The notes: generated by a model not told the origin, from the sequence alone. A DNA stretch of 50,662 nt from an uncultured Lachnospiraceae bacterium (GCA_964437615.1 CAYTHL010000003.1:1-50662); one strand, 5' to 3'; shown: positions 15,001-21,842, counted from the first letter of the stretch. Numbers and translations: made by a program.

Positions 15001-18000
15001 ATTTTGGGCATCGTACAAAGATAGGTTGTTAACAATATAGCTATACAAGTCGGCTGTGTTTTTAATTGTTACGCTGTTTTCACTAGTATCTGTAGCTGTG
15101 TAACACTCAAAACTATAACCTACCCTTTCTGGCTCAATCAATTCGGTTACATTATAGGTATAGTAATTAATTGTAGAGCCATAGACTAAATCTACATTTA
15201 CAACATAGGTTATAGGTTTCCAAATAGCATATAGTGTTAGAGCAGTAATAGAACTATCTGTCTCTTTTGCCTTTAAGTATTCTGCGTATAATTCATTATG
15301 ATTTTTTTCTAGGTAAACATTTTCTCCGTCTTGTGTTAAAGACCAGCCCTCAAAGGTATATGCATCTCTATAAAATTCTGGTAGAGAACTTTGTCCGTCA
15401 TCAAATGTATAGGTTTGGGTAATAGTGGTTTCGTTATTAGAAGATTTGCCACCGTTACCATTAAATGTTACATTGTATGCTACTTTTTCCCATTTTGCAT
15501 ACACAGTTATGTCATAATCTTTTACTTGTATATTATCACTATTGCCTACACTTTGGCCTTCTTTAACCTTTTTAGAAAGACCTGTGTCGTAAAACCAACC
15601 ACCAAACACATAACCATGACGGCTAGGCTCTGCCCACACTCCTATTGTGTCTAGATATTTGTAGGTATAGGTTTTTTCTCTGTTTTCTGGGTCGTCATCA
15701 TAGTAAGCAAGTGTAGACCCAGAGTCTTGCACATCGTTAAGATCTAATGATATAGAATATGTATTTCTAATATAATATAACTTTATAGTATTGTTGCCGT
15801 CTCCGTACAATCTTGCATCACTAACTAAATATTCTCCGCTAGAATATAGTGTATCGTCATTAAATTCAACCTTATATAATGTGTAGCCATATAAAGTTGT
15901 GTCGTTTGCTTTTTGTTTACTCTCTTCGGACAAATATACTTGGTTTACAAGATCGTCAGCATAGTATATAGTGCTTCCGTTATACCAAGTGGTGCCCTCA
16001 CCAAACGAATATTCTTCTAAAGATGCGTCTTCAGTAGTCGTGTTCTCTCTGTAAGCTATTACTTCAACATTTACCTTATTTGCTTGCCAAATTGCATACA
16101 GGGTTATATCATTGTCGTAATTGTAAGTTAGCCCGCTTGTGTTAGTAATTGTAGCCTCTCCGATGCTAGAGGTACTCCACCCAAGCAGATTATAACCACT
16201 ACGCACTATTGAAGGCATGTCTGTTTCGCTTAAAACGCTGCCATAGTACACTTGCTTGCTATAAATAGTTACTCCGTCTACACTATCGGTTTCTACCTCT
16301 TTAAATTCTGCTTTATTTACTGTGTTGGTGCTGTCGTTACTATTAAACGATAGCGTATAAGCGTTTCTTAAATAATATACAGCAAAGTATGATTTTGTAG
16401 TGTCTGTAGCACCGGCATGTGCTAAGGTGTTTGTACCGGTAAGTGTAGATTTTGTGGTGTCTAGGGTAAACCCTTTTACTGCGCTTAACGCCCCTTCTAC
16501 CAAGTTTAAGTCTACATCACTATTTGGAGCCGCATAGAAAGTTTTAGTATATTCACTATACTCGCTTATAGGAGTATTGTTTTCACCCAATTTTTGTTCG
16601 TAATAAACAATTATATAGGCGCGATCGGCAATAACATTCCATTTTGCGTATAAGGTCCTTTCTGCCCAGTCTGCATTCATTATTGTGCTTTCTTCTAACT
16701 TATTTGTGCAATTTTCATCTAAATACCAGCCGGCAAATTCCCAACAAACATCAAGACCATAATCTTTGTTTAGTTTGCCCTCGGTAGTAAAGCCCTCACT
16801 TTCTAGCACACTAAATATTGTTGCCCCAACCGAAATTTCTACATTTGTGTTAAGTATATTGTTAATACTTCCCAACTCGTCTGTGCTAGGTTTTGTTGTA
16901 GATTCTATAGCCGTATTTGCATCCAATTTAATATAGTAAGACCCTATGGTTTCTTGACCGTTATAAGATTTACGCATATAAAAGTCGCCACTGGTCATAT
17001 TAAACTGCTTGTAGACGGCGCTTGTTGCGTTTGTTGGACCTTCTACAGCCAAAACTCCGTCTATATAATTTTGGTTAAATGCATCGGCGGCAACAGATGT
17101 AATTTTGCTATTTTTGCCAAAGTTTATATATTCTAGGTTTTCAAATTTTTTAAAAGCCTCGTTGCCAATGCTAACAATATTTTCTGACAAGGTAACACTG
17201 GTTACTTTAGAATCGTCAAACAAGGCTAAGAAATCTGCATTTACAACGCCAGCGCCCGTTATATTTAGCTCTATTTCGTCTGCTATAGTGCCGTCTTCCC
17301 ATGTATTGCCGTCTTGGTAAAAGGTAAATATCGATTTATTGTAATTGTCAATTTTGCCGCCAATGCCGCCAATGCTGCCAAGAACATCTAGGTTTATATT
17401 GGTGCCATTAGCCACATTTACTATAGCAAGATTGTCAAAAGCACTTAGTGCGCCATCATCTAAGTTGGATATATTTGCAGCAACATTTACATATTTTAAA
17501 CTAGTAGAAAGAGCCTGAAATTTGTTCATAAAGTCTTTTGTTAAGGTTTCTTCGGCAAAATATATGTTTAAGGTGTCTATTTTGGATACTTTTTCTCCGT
17601 CAGCGTCGGTAGTATAAAAGTTGCTCTCGTCAATTTCTAGGTTGGAATAATTGTATACACTTAATGTTGACAAATTGGTTAAGCCAATTAGGGCAGAACC
17701 TTCGATAGTGATATCTCCAGCAGCGCTAATTTCTACATTTGTAACTGTGTCGCTATTTAGCCCAAGACTGTTAGAAACTTCGCCAGAGGCACCAGCTATA
17801 TTTATAGTGGTTAGGTTATCTGCTCCGCTAAGCGCATCTGACTTAAGAGTAAGTTTGCTAGCGTCTTCTACAACAAGAGTGGTTACACCCGAACCAGCAA
17901 AAGCCGTTGCACCAACACTTGTTACCGATGATGGAATTGTTAAATTTGACAAACTTTCGCAACCAGCAAAAACACTATCTCCTATGGTTACAAGATTAGA

Positions 18001-18417
18001 ATATGTTACCCCGTCGCTGTTGGTTACCTTTTCTATAACAATGCTCTCTATAAGTTTGTTAGACTCCATAATGCTAGCATCAAAAGCGTTGTCTAAGATT
18101 GCCGTTACTGGTATACCATTTTTAGATGCCGGTACAACAACTTCTGTTTTTACCGTGCCGTCTTGAGCACCAAGATAACGAATAATTTCGTAATGTTCAT
18201 CTCCGCCATTATTTACATAGCGCATCAAAAACTCGCCTACAACCACATCCTCGGTGTAAACACTGTTTGAACATCGTGATAGAAAAATAGCTATTGGAAC
18301 AACAGCCGCTGTTAGAAAAAACAAAATACTAAAAACCAACATGGTTATTTTAGTACCTTTTTTCATACCATGATTCTTTTTTTGAATGTCGTTTTGTGTT
18401 TGAGATAAATTATCCAT
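1..18417 (-). CDS. Giant cell-surface repeat protein, partial (N-terminal 6,139 codons; the stop codon lies beyond the left window edge). N-terminal signal/membrane anchor, BspA-type leucine-rich repeats, then dozens of Listeria-Bacteroides (InlB B-repeat / Flg_new-type) modules
   Basis: The minus-strand frame with codons on + positions 3k+1..3k+3 has no in-frame tta/cta/tca wherever I hand-checked it (1-240, 6901-7320, 9001-9180, about 15000-18417). The track lists no complete minus-strand ORF in 1-18400, as expected for an ORF open at the window edge. ATG at 18417 is preceded by AAGGGTGG; alternative in-frame ATGs are at 18468 and 18366. My translation begins MDNLSQTQNDIQKKNHGMKKGTKITMLVFSILFFLTAAVVPIAIFLS (basic n-region plus hydrophobic helix). 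It continues with LRR-like units (..LVTIGDSVFAGCESLSNLTIPSSVTSVGATAFAGSGVTTLVV..). Repeated GYxFxGW...LYAxW modules follow (CWEFAGWYLDENC..TLYAKW; RSGYNLLGWSTS..ITLYAIW; RHGYVFGGWFYDT..ITVYAKW; TKTGYTFDKWT at the left edge). Confidence 0.85.
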   Translation of the reverse strand, partial: MDNLSQTQNDIQKKNHGMKKGTKITMLVFSILFFLTAAVVPIAIFLSRCSNSVYTEDVVVGEFLMRYVNNGGDEHYEIIRYLGAQDGTVKTEVVVPASKNGIPVTAILDNAFDASIMESNKLIESIVIEKVTNSDGVTYSNLVTIGDSVFAGCESLSNLTIPSSVTSVGATAFAGSGVTTLVVEDASKLTLKSDALSGADNLTTINIAGASGEVSNSLGLNSDTVTNVEISAAGDITIEGSALIGLTNLSTLSVYNYSNLEIDESNFYTTDADGEKVSKIDTLNIYFAEETLTKDFMNKFQALSTSLKYVNVAANISNLDDGALSAFDNLAIVNVANGTNINLDVLGSIGGIGGKIDNYNKSIFTFYQDGNTWEDGTIADEIELNITGAGVVNADFLALFDDSKVTSVTLSENIVSIGNEAFKKFENLEYINFGKNSKITSVAADAFNQNYIDGVLAVEGPTNATSAVYKQFNMTSGDFYMRKSYNGQETIGSYYIKLDANTAIESTTKPSTDELGSINNILNTNVEISVGATIFSVLESEGFTTEGKLNKDYGLDVCWEFAGWYLDENCTNKLEESTIMNADWAERTLYAKWNVIADRAYIIVYYEQKLGENNTPISEYSEYTKTFYAAPNSDVDLNLVEGALSAVKGFTLDTTKSTLTGTNTLAHAGATDTTKSYFAVYYLRNAYTLSFNSNDSTNTVNKAEFKEVETDSVDGVTIYSKQVYYGSVLSETDMPSIVRSGYNLLGWSTSSIGEATITNTSGLTYNYDNDITLYAIWQANKVNVEVIAYRENTTTEDASLEEYSFGEGTTWYNGSTIYYADDLVNQVYLSEESKQKANDTTLYGYTLYKVEFNDDTLYSSGEYLVSDARLYGDGNNTIKLYYIRNTYSISLDLNDVQDSGSTLAYYDDDPENREKTYTYKYLDTIGVWAEPSRHGYVFGGWFYDTGLSKKVKEGQSVGNSDNIQVKDYDITVYAKWEKVAYNVTFNGNGGKSSNNETTITQTYTFDDGQSSLPEFYRDAYTFEGWSLTQDGENVYLEKNHNELYAEYLKAKETDSSITALTLYAIWKPITYVVNVDLVYGSTINYYTYNVTELIEPERVGYSFECYTATDTSENSVTIKNTADLYSYIVNNLSLYDAQNEKYFKFTAVWKANDTTDYKVTIIRENLDGTYASDSLTLSFQGTTASAAYDSQDALKQDIEEESGSIAKLLKNANFSLQGFVFSSYSTNLENNSLEIAADGSLEITVYYARDYIKVTVNIDSQNAGITSAVLTGTEQGYVKDNSNEEDQNVYYVKYEAIVNLSATIAEGYRFVGWYYSGETTEFSSNNPTNLTITSEVTIVAKALPKDLTIYYNSNSNGAVADPANGYITYNATSTLDVSLIGARYGYTFMGWATTIDAASAEYAINDSKISLTVDQTNALFTVSGAIVTNRTLYAVWQQNTIQVQYATEEGTVDAQFNTTLTYDNSFVLQGAETFHKYGYTLTNWVYTKGETTYNYAAGTTLSAGDKTTANSVNGLYYLVFGEDNYEQKTITLKASYTANTFDVIFAPGSGTGTSQTVTATYNDDLFSLATGYTKTGYTFAGFSIDTEASSQDNLITAGGKTTVNALYAQLFGEENAENYTQGKSITLVANYTANTYTILFVGKADGASSTIVLKWPTDSSLVVAKDANNKDIVATKATDQTYGDYYYIGCTYDVAITLVDLTSGSYGYTLAGYTFTYWIPQEGTAYDKIVASQTITNLTATNNGTVVLYTNFESGNVTYTYNVKLQDLTGAEETEYYIQNGTGTGEIDTELSWSTIAALGGNITGFEFYGYYVGDNFYTSGGTNITSNLVLTLVYARKYNTVSVNISNGEASLTTNTQENIVGVTKNDDGTYKVYYGATVTVNAEAAEGYKITGYTLKLSGEEDETTIATTIKYEYLADGGINIATAVQSFTMQYMGGEDVLGTDKLQYNQETATLTLVTKTGYTLTGYTTKIGETKITLNVESNAITINKTQINNLFSNYSTNTTVIDGRVVELTANFTANTYTLTISSGSENATLTAADSALIVGSTTSGTSLQFTLTYDQTYTLDKLISKVERKGHTLVGFGSSVNFAGTTDADKEVLSNYSVTNLTAENGGTAQITAQWQAQTIEITYNNNGGNGASQTQNVTYIESGNSESEFYGIIFTKTGYTLTGWAISREATTADFNYSATMTATNIDALYNAADTNLAITLYAVWKQNTYTVEYLMSKPSGELGNCGVIESAVSGMTAVYDVNNNVIGYSMGYTYDVAASYPDIYTLYGYTFAGWSATANATTASIQAGDQLINLISTNNGTITYYAAFKANTITVVYNANVPTDTSSTTEETISNDTATYNVAFNLTTSKYTLYGYSFVGWAETITSAVISIADVTVLGQTVDATSVNTWYSTLLGGAEYTSLTKNLYAVWQKNSITISYYANGGAFDDGQNPTESTYYYDTDGQFVAIPSKNGYTFTGWSQSKESAVADENLEYKNQSVELKASVINNLYTTALGGGAYTGSLKISLWAVYSPNTYTIYFNKNLPTDENDAEQTKDSKDIVFGETLTGNYISTLTGYKFLGYSIDKEGKSFLFDENGALINNAVNGLSNYTDGDAKWTYYAESTVTVYAQYTKNNYNLVITADSNIASVTVAAGETSYTNIDSGNIYTFSIPYKTSVTIVATTNTGFVFSKILVNGTEQTFEAETQNYKQTATFTYTIKAGETANNITINSEAASYTLTVDVSGANIASVSANGVAGTANNGTYTFSATYGESVSLSIVATDGYRITAVTGAVDTIGSQTTTYTGTVEIAAGGNKIVVATEARYYALSIDGNGGTITVKYNSGTQTVTDNNITLYAQFNTNKLFYNAGDVYYEISSISASKVGYKVTGINKISGETSTQIVDVNSSNELYVYLKDNWADYQTETTSAKITYIAKTNINFTVSIKLQDLGQETYTIDEQYNITLTGTTDTTIDYTYLQTKLTEAGKALPTITGFSLDATNFTPTTLSGDGTTVVYVYYNRIEYKISVVVYLQNTEGNFVADTADASTVVGTTFDRDYQYGAQIELSAADKTGYKTAVWYANYTSEKFGDQITSPYTVISAATLYVVFSRIEISVQVNGYYQTFADAEADEYSAATENFGTLTGTGTYLYETTATITAKDEVGYTFDGFFTSPDFAENSSLNYTLTDGTYIVTLADLAENQVVYVRYTLKSNTLTIEISKGVNNLTLTNANGIISSGDGIYKVYYGATGTFTFTLSDGYSISGAKITIAETDYALTITNASVSVSYTYLADGKLTISATPDAATYTVYVENQKLGTNEATNTNTYTETTDAITSYTDAEITINDIIGGGHLTEGFEIYAYSLDGINLVTALSGSFGTDSFVVAAGSGTKIYLYYTRKMVAYSIAASQDSAQASSNNELKLYNTQASTVLDETISSGVGYIAEGKVQYGSCVVVYSTVQDGYKVTKITINLTETTFTENNSAYVSSSFTAQSEISVELTIAGKNIYIALTPNTTVYGLLEISNSGEYFPVEFSVPESINVLAENNEAASAQTETLTVGTTYTFADPKWTLDGYTFAGWSTLVGGLETTGITEDTRFSSNALDIKYITGTQLSADDVYALYTSVGEGKTLTLYTIWQAKTYTVTLYRDITFAENLGTLTYYVDLATSPYFVTIPTPTKGGYTANGWQLYISTSIKGGTFGATGWSSSDSRTLYNTYTTYGDNLSLCMTWKAQTITIQLDLYGQDISQDEYSAKDATSKDSYSSLTLSVSDNSSYTSDSNIHYLDLLNFVEKEISEDILSNYTIYAISEYKTGDLKTKDNLKETDFFCTKEHDEEPVVINVYLVRNSYNITVDANGGKFDSADTSTITGVYGAKLYNLLAGTTFAATKTGYNLLADTYFVKNSSDELIELAEDQLITSATTVYLAWQKDTFKVVYNFGSSTEEDVATYDTEYNIKTTAFENSGYTLTGWATDAGKETADYTLNAKISSATVNTWYGETGVGKNGTKNLYAVWAANYYLVSIEADGGEVEFTYEGGTFVVGQAEQTGAIYVLYGTSNLYYAQTSPAYKGDGVSVYEVTNITITKEGYTPLGLYSGETVKISADSSELITPYSEAENLALTAKYSINQYKLQVTTDPSRIEISGVKYESDTEYSEISWDSTDGGIYIAWFDYGTIVSLTATTKTGYQFINLTNDGWTLLPGGSATIQKYTIGLNNEFSISAEPISINVSYSLGGSYTYYDDTTKKQVSLVAPTESDAKYNTALIIKGIENVEKTFGYTFDYWKLNIDADKKFHAGDTISASDICSYYGDYTDYGYNGLTFTAMWKEDEYEVSLDSNGGTWAEGISTTVKVTYTQTSVSLPTSDNISRYGYTFGGWATQDGAEISLADLYAQYYNNGAKNGTPTVYAVWSGDKFNITLNVDDTTYSASLTYGQAGSLYSTEDGKLAQNPSKTGYYFNGWTLSAESTELFVNSTDNGSLTETQVNTLYGKTTSGSITLYAYFNPNTNTRYSVVVNVEMLENTTATQTITLEGTTGDNLVADTVKAAAENAFNTETYGNLDLATYFNLDLTDSAIGAVVIAADGTTKVTLNYKRKSYTVSLAVQEQGTDGTYTSATAQEGTLSFSSATFTLSEDLRYGVNVLGLLSYSQTDSQKAEFTLEGYYYTTDGVVGDAIGDNDILSSNITITTKFRRNKYTITVEQYYQTVDNAKDGVYSKDTEKAAGTVTGAGSYYYGLTISDLLSATKKTGFSLVGYYTSLSNGEKGYTLGNELSTETITADVTIYVVFSRNYFTVNITNTDKLSSVTIKDTTYTTTTKYNLYYGEQYTLKITTISGYTISVAKENGNTIPLTTTEEGNSGNKFKYSYSYTSAENLTYTYLTIALTLAEAEVDYNVYYVYQNPDGSYGDDAVFGNTYQATSGSSVTISTFSSTGLQSYYSYYRWATDATAASLSSTTQFTVAADGSTKIYLYYNLYTYGFSQTASNNSRAGLNSFVIYIADDTSKTSVTSVRYGQEIVVQIAVKTGYALSGLYIGGTLSSEVVTGGTSITFTGADNIYTSAKITLTEEYYELLKTLSNSGTIPLIYIISEYSYVVEYYSYNGDTKLYSQTIYVGTETPLTSASVIASEEGGSSINIGGFEFAGWTTSANATKIVDAASIEYADGQSITDIYTDVTVAVKLYAAYKGKQCTITYNVSGGDAISAGNYTVKEETQKVTLVTPTYEGHTFTGWTVVFESQTGFSYNNNVVTISANAYGDITATASWSANTFTIKFDDNKPTNTTGTISGTVNDVTAEYDKSLTLDGSKYNLDGYAFSGWATTADATVSEYTESITISADTINQWYKGLVADNGGVYEANLTKTLYAVWSTEASTYTVIVKLQTLTNSYEEKTLTDTANTDSTITYTMALNVILNAIKNDVIDLTGYQIVTTEETFKSATVTGDGEAKVTITYNRIVSAITVNIYTQNTSGNYVADPAGGSVDISASTLSGNNVMYGDSYTLTAKANTSFSFVGYYSSTTFTEANKLSDTDGTYTASMPAKAVTVYALFNRDVYTISLAGRTQSGENAGKTTLTSSVYDLEVSNGVGGTISSSVTTYYYGMTIADIITAEAYDGFVMVDGLYTLDASGNFVKITETTITSSLSGQTIYALFTRTTINVEIEYDSSYIDSIVVTGAGVVENTNSGVSTSATRLFGGIKLVTPMASTYSQTNTQTVYYTVPYGVEVTIVITTQSGYQLQSISFNGGSPITEFENIGISENKLVYTYKYVFTNKYTTSPLEITFETKSYANTPYQYVNVVQGLDGYYAKSGAATGSNGATDSAVTVSTLVTPRDGFTYIGWSKELSTTAANLEDATSFTIEGSGQTVVYLYFQRLTYSVNISYNAAILDKISIALSGTGVTGSASAGYTVAYGASVTITITSADGYTLDVITANGDNCTISGTSSSFTVEALTAGSTYNISVTGHANTYTVEYYTYNGTSPITTSTYIYDTEGTLLTANKINTANDNALVVNGYGFAGWSETKPASLTVAAKYTDGATVYNWTKTDNDTITLYAVYTGNSYDITYDYAGGEVESANTGSYTTSVGSTEITLTEPTKTGYTFDKWTIDWDANSTEAHGETLPSISGNTLTIGANVYGNITILANYTANTFVIVYNGNNPSSNSTPSGTV

Positions 18418-18647
18418 AATCCACCCTTTTAGATAGTTTTTGCCGTTAGATTTGCTATTATTTACCATCTGACATGCTAATTTTGTAGTTTTTAGCCGAA
18501 TTTAGGCACAGAATACCCAAAATGCGCGCGAAAAACCGCATATTTTGTAAGTGAGACTGTAAATTATTGTGTTTTTACGCTATTTTTTGAAAAATTTTGT
18601 TTCAAAAATATTAGTTAATTTGTGTTTTTTGCCTCACTTATGTTCAT

Positions 18648-18676
18648 ATTTTAACAAATTAGCGTATTTTTGTCAA
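18648..18676 (-). promoter_or_regulatory. Candidate sigma-70-type promoter for the giant gene (TTGACA-17 nt-TAAAAT)
   Basis: The minus strand reads TTGACA (18676-18671), a 17-nt spacer aaaatacgctaatttgt, then TAAAAT (18653-18648). This implies a leader of about 220 nt before the ATG at 18417. Confidence 0.45.
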
Positions 18677-18710
18677 TTATTTACAGCAATTTTTAAAATA
18701 TTTTTATATA

Positions 18711-18738
18711 ATAAAAAATAACCCCTGCAAGGGGTTTT
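18711..18738 (-). terminator. Rho-independent terminator downstream of the VanW-domain gene
   Basis: Hairpin AACCCCT-TGCA-GGGGTT (aacccctgcaaggggtt on +) is followed on the minus strand by ATTTTTTATTAT. Confidence 0.6.
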
Positions 18739-18948
18739 ATGTCTGTAAATAAAGTTTTTAAAAATAGAGGGCGAAAAGTTTATACACTTGCCTAATACTT
18801 CTAAAACAAGTATAGGTTGGTTTAGGCATCAGCTTTTGGCAAAAAACACAAAGCCTCATTGTGTGATATAAAAAAGTTGTGGCGGAGACATCAGCTTTGG
18901 GCTAAACCGGCCAAAAAATATATTTGCAATCTTTTAAGCGCTAACAAA

Positions 18949-20214
18949 CTAATCTAAATGCAAAACTACACCTTTTTTGGGATTGTATGTGTTGTCGCGG
19001 ATTTTTACCGTTTTTATTAATGTGTCGCCCTCGTAATAATCTAAATACCCGTATGCCCTATATCCGTCTATGCCGTAACTAACCCTTATATCTCCAGTTA
19101 AATTGTTTTGCAAAAGGTCTATATTGGGATATTTATTTGCGTCGCACTCCACCAAATCTTCACCAGCGGGCAAATCTTGATATTTTTGGTATCGGCGCAC
19201 TAGTTTGTATTTAGGAGTTTTGCCATATACACATACCTTGCATATGTCGCCTATGCAAGCTGCGGCAATTATACAGTCGCCGCCGGTATTGTTGGTTATT
19301 TTTAGGTCGCTAGTGCCAAAATTAACCATGGCGTCAAAGCACGGCATTACATAACTTGCTGGCAAACTATGGTTATGAACTTCGGAAATATCTAGCCCAG
19401 CGAGCAAGCAGGCGTTATACATGGTGGTACTAACCTGGCATACGCCACCACCCACGCCTTCTGTGTACCTTCCCCCCACAATTATTTTTGCTGTTTGATA
19501 GTCATTTTCTTGGTTGCGCTCGCCTGTAAGTTTATTAAAACTAATAGTTTCGCCCGCTTTTATTATTGTTCCATTTATGGCATTAATGGCTGTTTGAATA
19601 TTGTGCCGCCTTTGAGCCCCACTGCTAGAAAAAGATGTGTAAAAACTTCCGGCAAGTTTAAATTTGTCTTTAATATCTTTTTTACAAACTTTAGCATAAT
19701 CCACAACAGTTTTTACATTTATTTTTTCAATTTTATTTAAAGATAAATTGTTAAAAATTTGATTATATAAACCATTTTTGTCAATTTTATAGCCATTTTT
19801 CATTTCTTTAAAGGCAATTTTGCAGTTATTTTGCATAGCATACGGCATAGCATCTTGGGGAGTAACATTTATTTTTGTTGCAAGATTATTTAAAAAATTT
19901 TCAAGCCCGGGGTATAGATAATTTATCGCTTGCTCTAAGGAAAAACCCATAGATAATATATTATTAATTATTTTGTATTTGTTTATAGAACTCTCATTTG
20001 CTATGCTTAGCCTAATTTTACTTACACCACTTGTATCTGGAAAATATGTAAACGTTTGGTCATTATAGAAAAAGTCTAGACTGTTATTTGTACAACTTGT
20101 GGCGTAACTTTGCTTAATATTAGTTTGACTATAAATAAAATTTAAAGCAAATAAATTTGCAATTGCAAAAACTGCCACCATACATATAGCAGACTTAAAA
20201 CAAAAAGTTTTCAT
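18949..20214 (-). CDS. VanW-domain protein with N-terminal membrane anchor
   Basis: 421-aa ORF. Hydrophobic N-terminus (AICMVAVFAIANLFALNFIY). C-terminal region has the VanW-like core ..YTEGVGGGVCQVSTTMYNACLLAGL.. Confidence 0.7.
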   Translation of the reverse strand: MKTFCFKSAICMVAVFAIANLFALNFIYSQTNIKQSYATSCTNNSLDFFYNDQTFTYFPDTSGVSKIRLSIANESSINKYKIINNILSMGFSLEQAINYLYPGLENFLNNLATKINVTPQDAMPYAMQNNCKIAFKEMKNGYKIDKNGLYNQIFNNLSLNKIEKINVKTVVDYAKVCKKDIKDKFKLAGSFYTSFSSSGAQRRHNIQTAINAINGTIIKAGETISFNKLTGERNQENDYQTAKIIVGGRYTEGVGGGVCQVSTTMYNACLLAGLDISEVHNHSLPASYVMPCFDAMVNFGTSDLKITNNTGGDCIIAAACIGDICKVCVYGKTPKYKLVRRYQKYQDLPAGEDLVECDANKYPNIDLLQNNLTGDIRVSYGIDGYRAYGYLDYYEGDTLIKTVKIRDNTYNPKKGVVLHLD

Positions 20215-20378
20215 ATTTGTAGTATGTCAAAATTCGACAAAATTATTAATATTTGGTGCTTTAAAATTAAAGCAAATTTTTTATTAAAATAATTTAATTT
20301 ACATATTTTGATATATAAATTTTAATAAAGTGCAGTTTTTATTATTAAAACACAATATAAAAAATTAAAAATATATTA

Positions 20379-20423
20379 AAAAGTGCAAAAGTTGTAAAAT
20401 TTACTTTAACTTTTGCACTTTTA
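20379..20423 (-). terminator. Rho-independent terminator after cca
   Basis: Perfect 14-bp inverted repeat aaagtgcaaaagtt / aacttttgcacttt with T-runs on both sides, 20 nt downstream of the cca stop (20442). Confidence 0.7.
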
Positions 20424-20441
20424 TACAATTTATACAAATTT

Positions 20442-21842
20442 TTATTCAAAATATTTGCTTGGGTTTTTAAGTATTTTCTTTTTGGCAAGTTCTAGCAAAA
20501 AATTTTTATTATTTGCTGACGGATGACGCAAACAATAATCTAATAAATAATTTAAAATATTTCCAATTTGGTCTAATTTTATTTCTGGCACAATATCTAT
20601 TATATCACTACCATTTATATCTAACTCTGATAAGTTTAGTGGGGTGTTTTGGGCTTTCATATTTTTATATATATTTTTCCACCTGGCGGCAATTTTGCTC
20701 TTTCTTGTAAAATCTGTATTTTCTAGGGCTATTGCATCTTTTAGGTCGCATATTTGGTCAAATATATCTAAATTTTCTCTAATAAATTTTTTAACATTTA
20801 TTTTTAGTTCTATTCCATGCTTGTCAAAATCTAGATTGCTTACAATTCGTTTTGTTTGTTCAATTGTCTTTTTAGAATAACACAAACCCTCTATTCCTAA
20901 ATTTTTTTCTATTATAATGTTTGCCCAATCTACACTAAAATTAAAGTTGTTTTTCTTTGTTTTAGTATAGAGTTTGCCTACATCATGAAGCAAGCAAGCA
21001 AGCCTAGAGTTTGGCGCGCAAACACTAAAAGTGTTTATAACGTGGCTGTAAAGATTTTCGCCCTTTTCATCTTTAATAGAACTTTTTTTAATTTCTTCAA
21101 GCGCCGGCATAATGTATGGCCACAAATTTAACTCGCCAATGAGCAACATACATTTAGCATGTGCATACTTAGAACTATCATAATTAGGGTAATACTTGTC
21201 GCAAACTATCATTCGATCTAGTTCGGCGCGCAAGCGCTGCTTACTAATTTTGCTAACTCCAGCAGCGCTTTCGTAAGCTGCAAGCAGTGTTTTTTGTTCA
21301 ATTTCCAAATTTAGGCTACAAGCAAGCCTTATCATCCTTAATATTCGCTCTGAGTCTTCTTTAAAACGCTCAGACGCCTTGCCAATACAAACTAAAAGTT
21401 TCTTTTTTAAGTCGCTCACCCCATGTTCAGGGTCCAAAATTTCGTCCTCTGTAATGTTATAATATATAGCGTTTATCGAAAAATCGCGCCTTTGGGAATC
21501 TGTTTCTACTTTTTTTACAAACTCTATTGTTACTGGATTATGTTCTCCATTATTATTATAATTTTCTTTTCTAAAGGTGGTATATTCATATCTTTTTTTG
21601 CCGGTAATAATAACTGTGCCGTACTTAGCTAGGCTTTCGTCTGTTGCAAAACTTGTTCCATTTAAAATTTTTGCTACTTTTTCTGGTTTACAAGAGGAGC
21701 ACAAATCTATGTCGTTAAATTTGTTAATCTTGAGATTAAGCAAACTATCTCTAACATATCCGCCTACTACATAGAGTGTTTCGCCGTTTCTTTCAAAAAT
21801 TTCAGCTAAAGATTTAAGTTCTTCACTAATGTTAATTTTCAT
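20442..21842 (-). CDS. cca: CCA-adding tRNA nucleotidyltransferase (class II, with HD domain)
   Basis: Motifs YVVGGYVRDSLL, DIDL, RRDFSINAIYY and HD-type LLHDVGK. I place the start at ATG 21842 (MKINISEE), preceded by GAGG (gcatagaggttattATG), rather than at the track's longer 21902 start. Confidence 0.8.
   Translation of the reverse strand: MKINISEELKSLAEIFERNGETLYVVGGYVRDSLLNLKINKFNDIDLCSSCKPEKVAKILNGTSFATDESLAKYGTVIITGKKRYEYTTFRKENYNNNGEHNPVTIEFVKKVETDSQRRDFSINAIYYNITEDEILDPEHGVSDLKKKLLVCIGKASERFKEDSERILRMIRLACSLNLEIEQKTLLAAYESAAGVSKISKQRLRAELDRMIVCDKYYPNYDSSKYAHAKCMLLIGELNLWPYIMPALEEIKKSSIKDEKGENLYSHVINTFSVCAPNSRLACLLHDVGKLYTKTKKNNFNFSVDWANIIIEKNLGIEGLCYSKKTIEQTKRIVSNLDFDKHGIELKINVKKFIRENLDIFDQICDLKDAIALENTDFTRKSKIAARWKNIYKNMKAQNTPLNLSELDINGSDIIDIVPEIKLDQIGNILNYLLDYCLRHPSANNKNFLLELAKKKILKNPSKYFE

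Noticed and set aside
2384-18166. Plus-strand ORFs of 60-171 aa inside the giant gene (e.g. 2384-2725, 9085-9432, 11141-11371, 17651-18166).
   Set aside because: They are antisense shadows of the minus-strand giant ORF. They have low-complexity or hydrophobic translations and no ribosome-binding sites. Two of them share HTAYK simply because it is the reverse complement of the repeated LYAVW module end.
1-18400. Absence of any long ORF in the track across 18 kb suggested non-coding DNA, a heavily degraded pseudogene, or an alternative genetic code (reassigned stop).
   Set aside because: The minus-strand frame is open under the standard code everywhere I checked, and the other genes in the window translate normally. 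The ORF is missing from the track only because it has no stop inside the window.
18741-18948. 210-nt untranslated stretch between the VanW stop and its terminator. It contains a duplicated CATCAGCTTT(T)GG motif and a possible long-range GGTTTAG/CTAAACC pairing, which might indicate a small RNA or 3' UTR element.
   Set aside because: The pairings are short and I cannot match the stretch to any known RNA family. The evidence is too thin without covariation or expression data.
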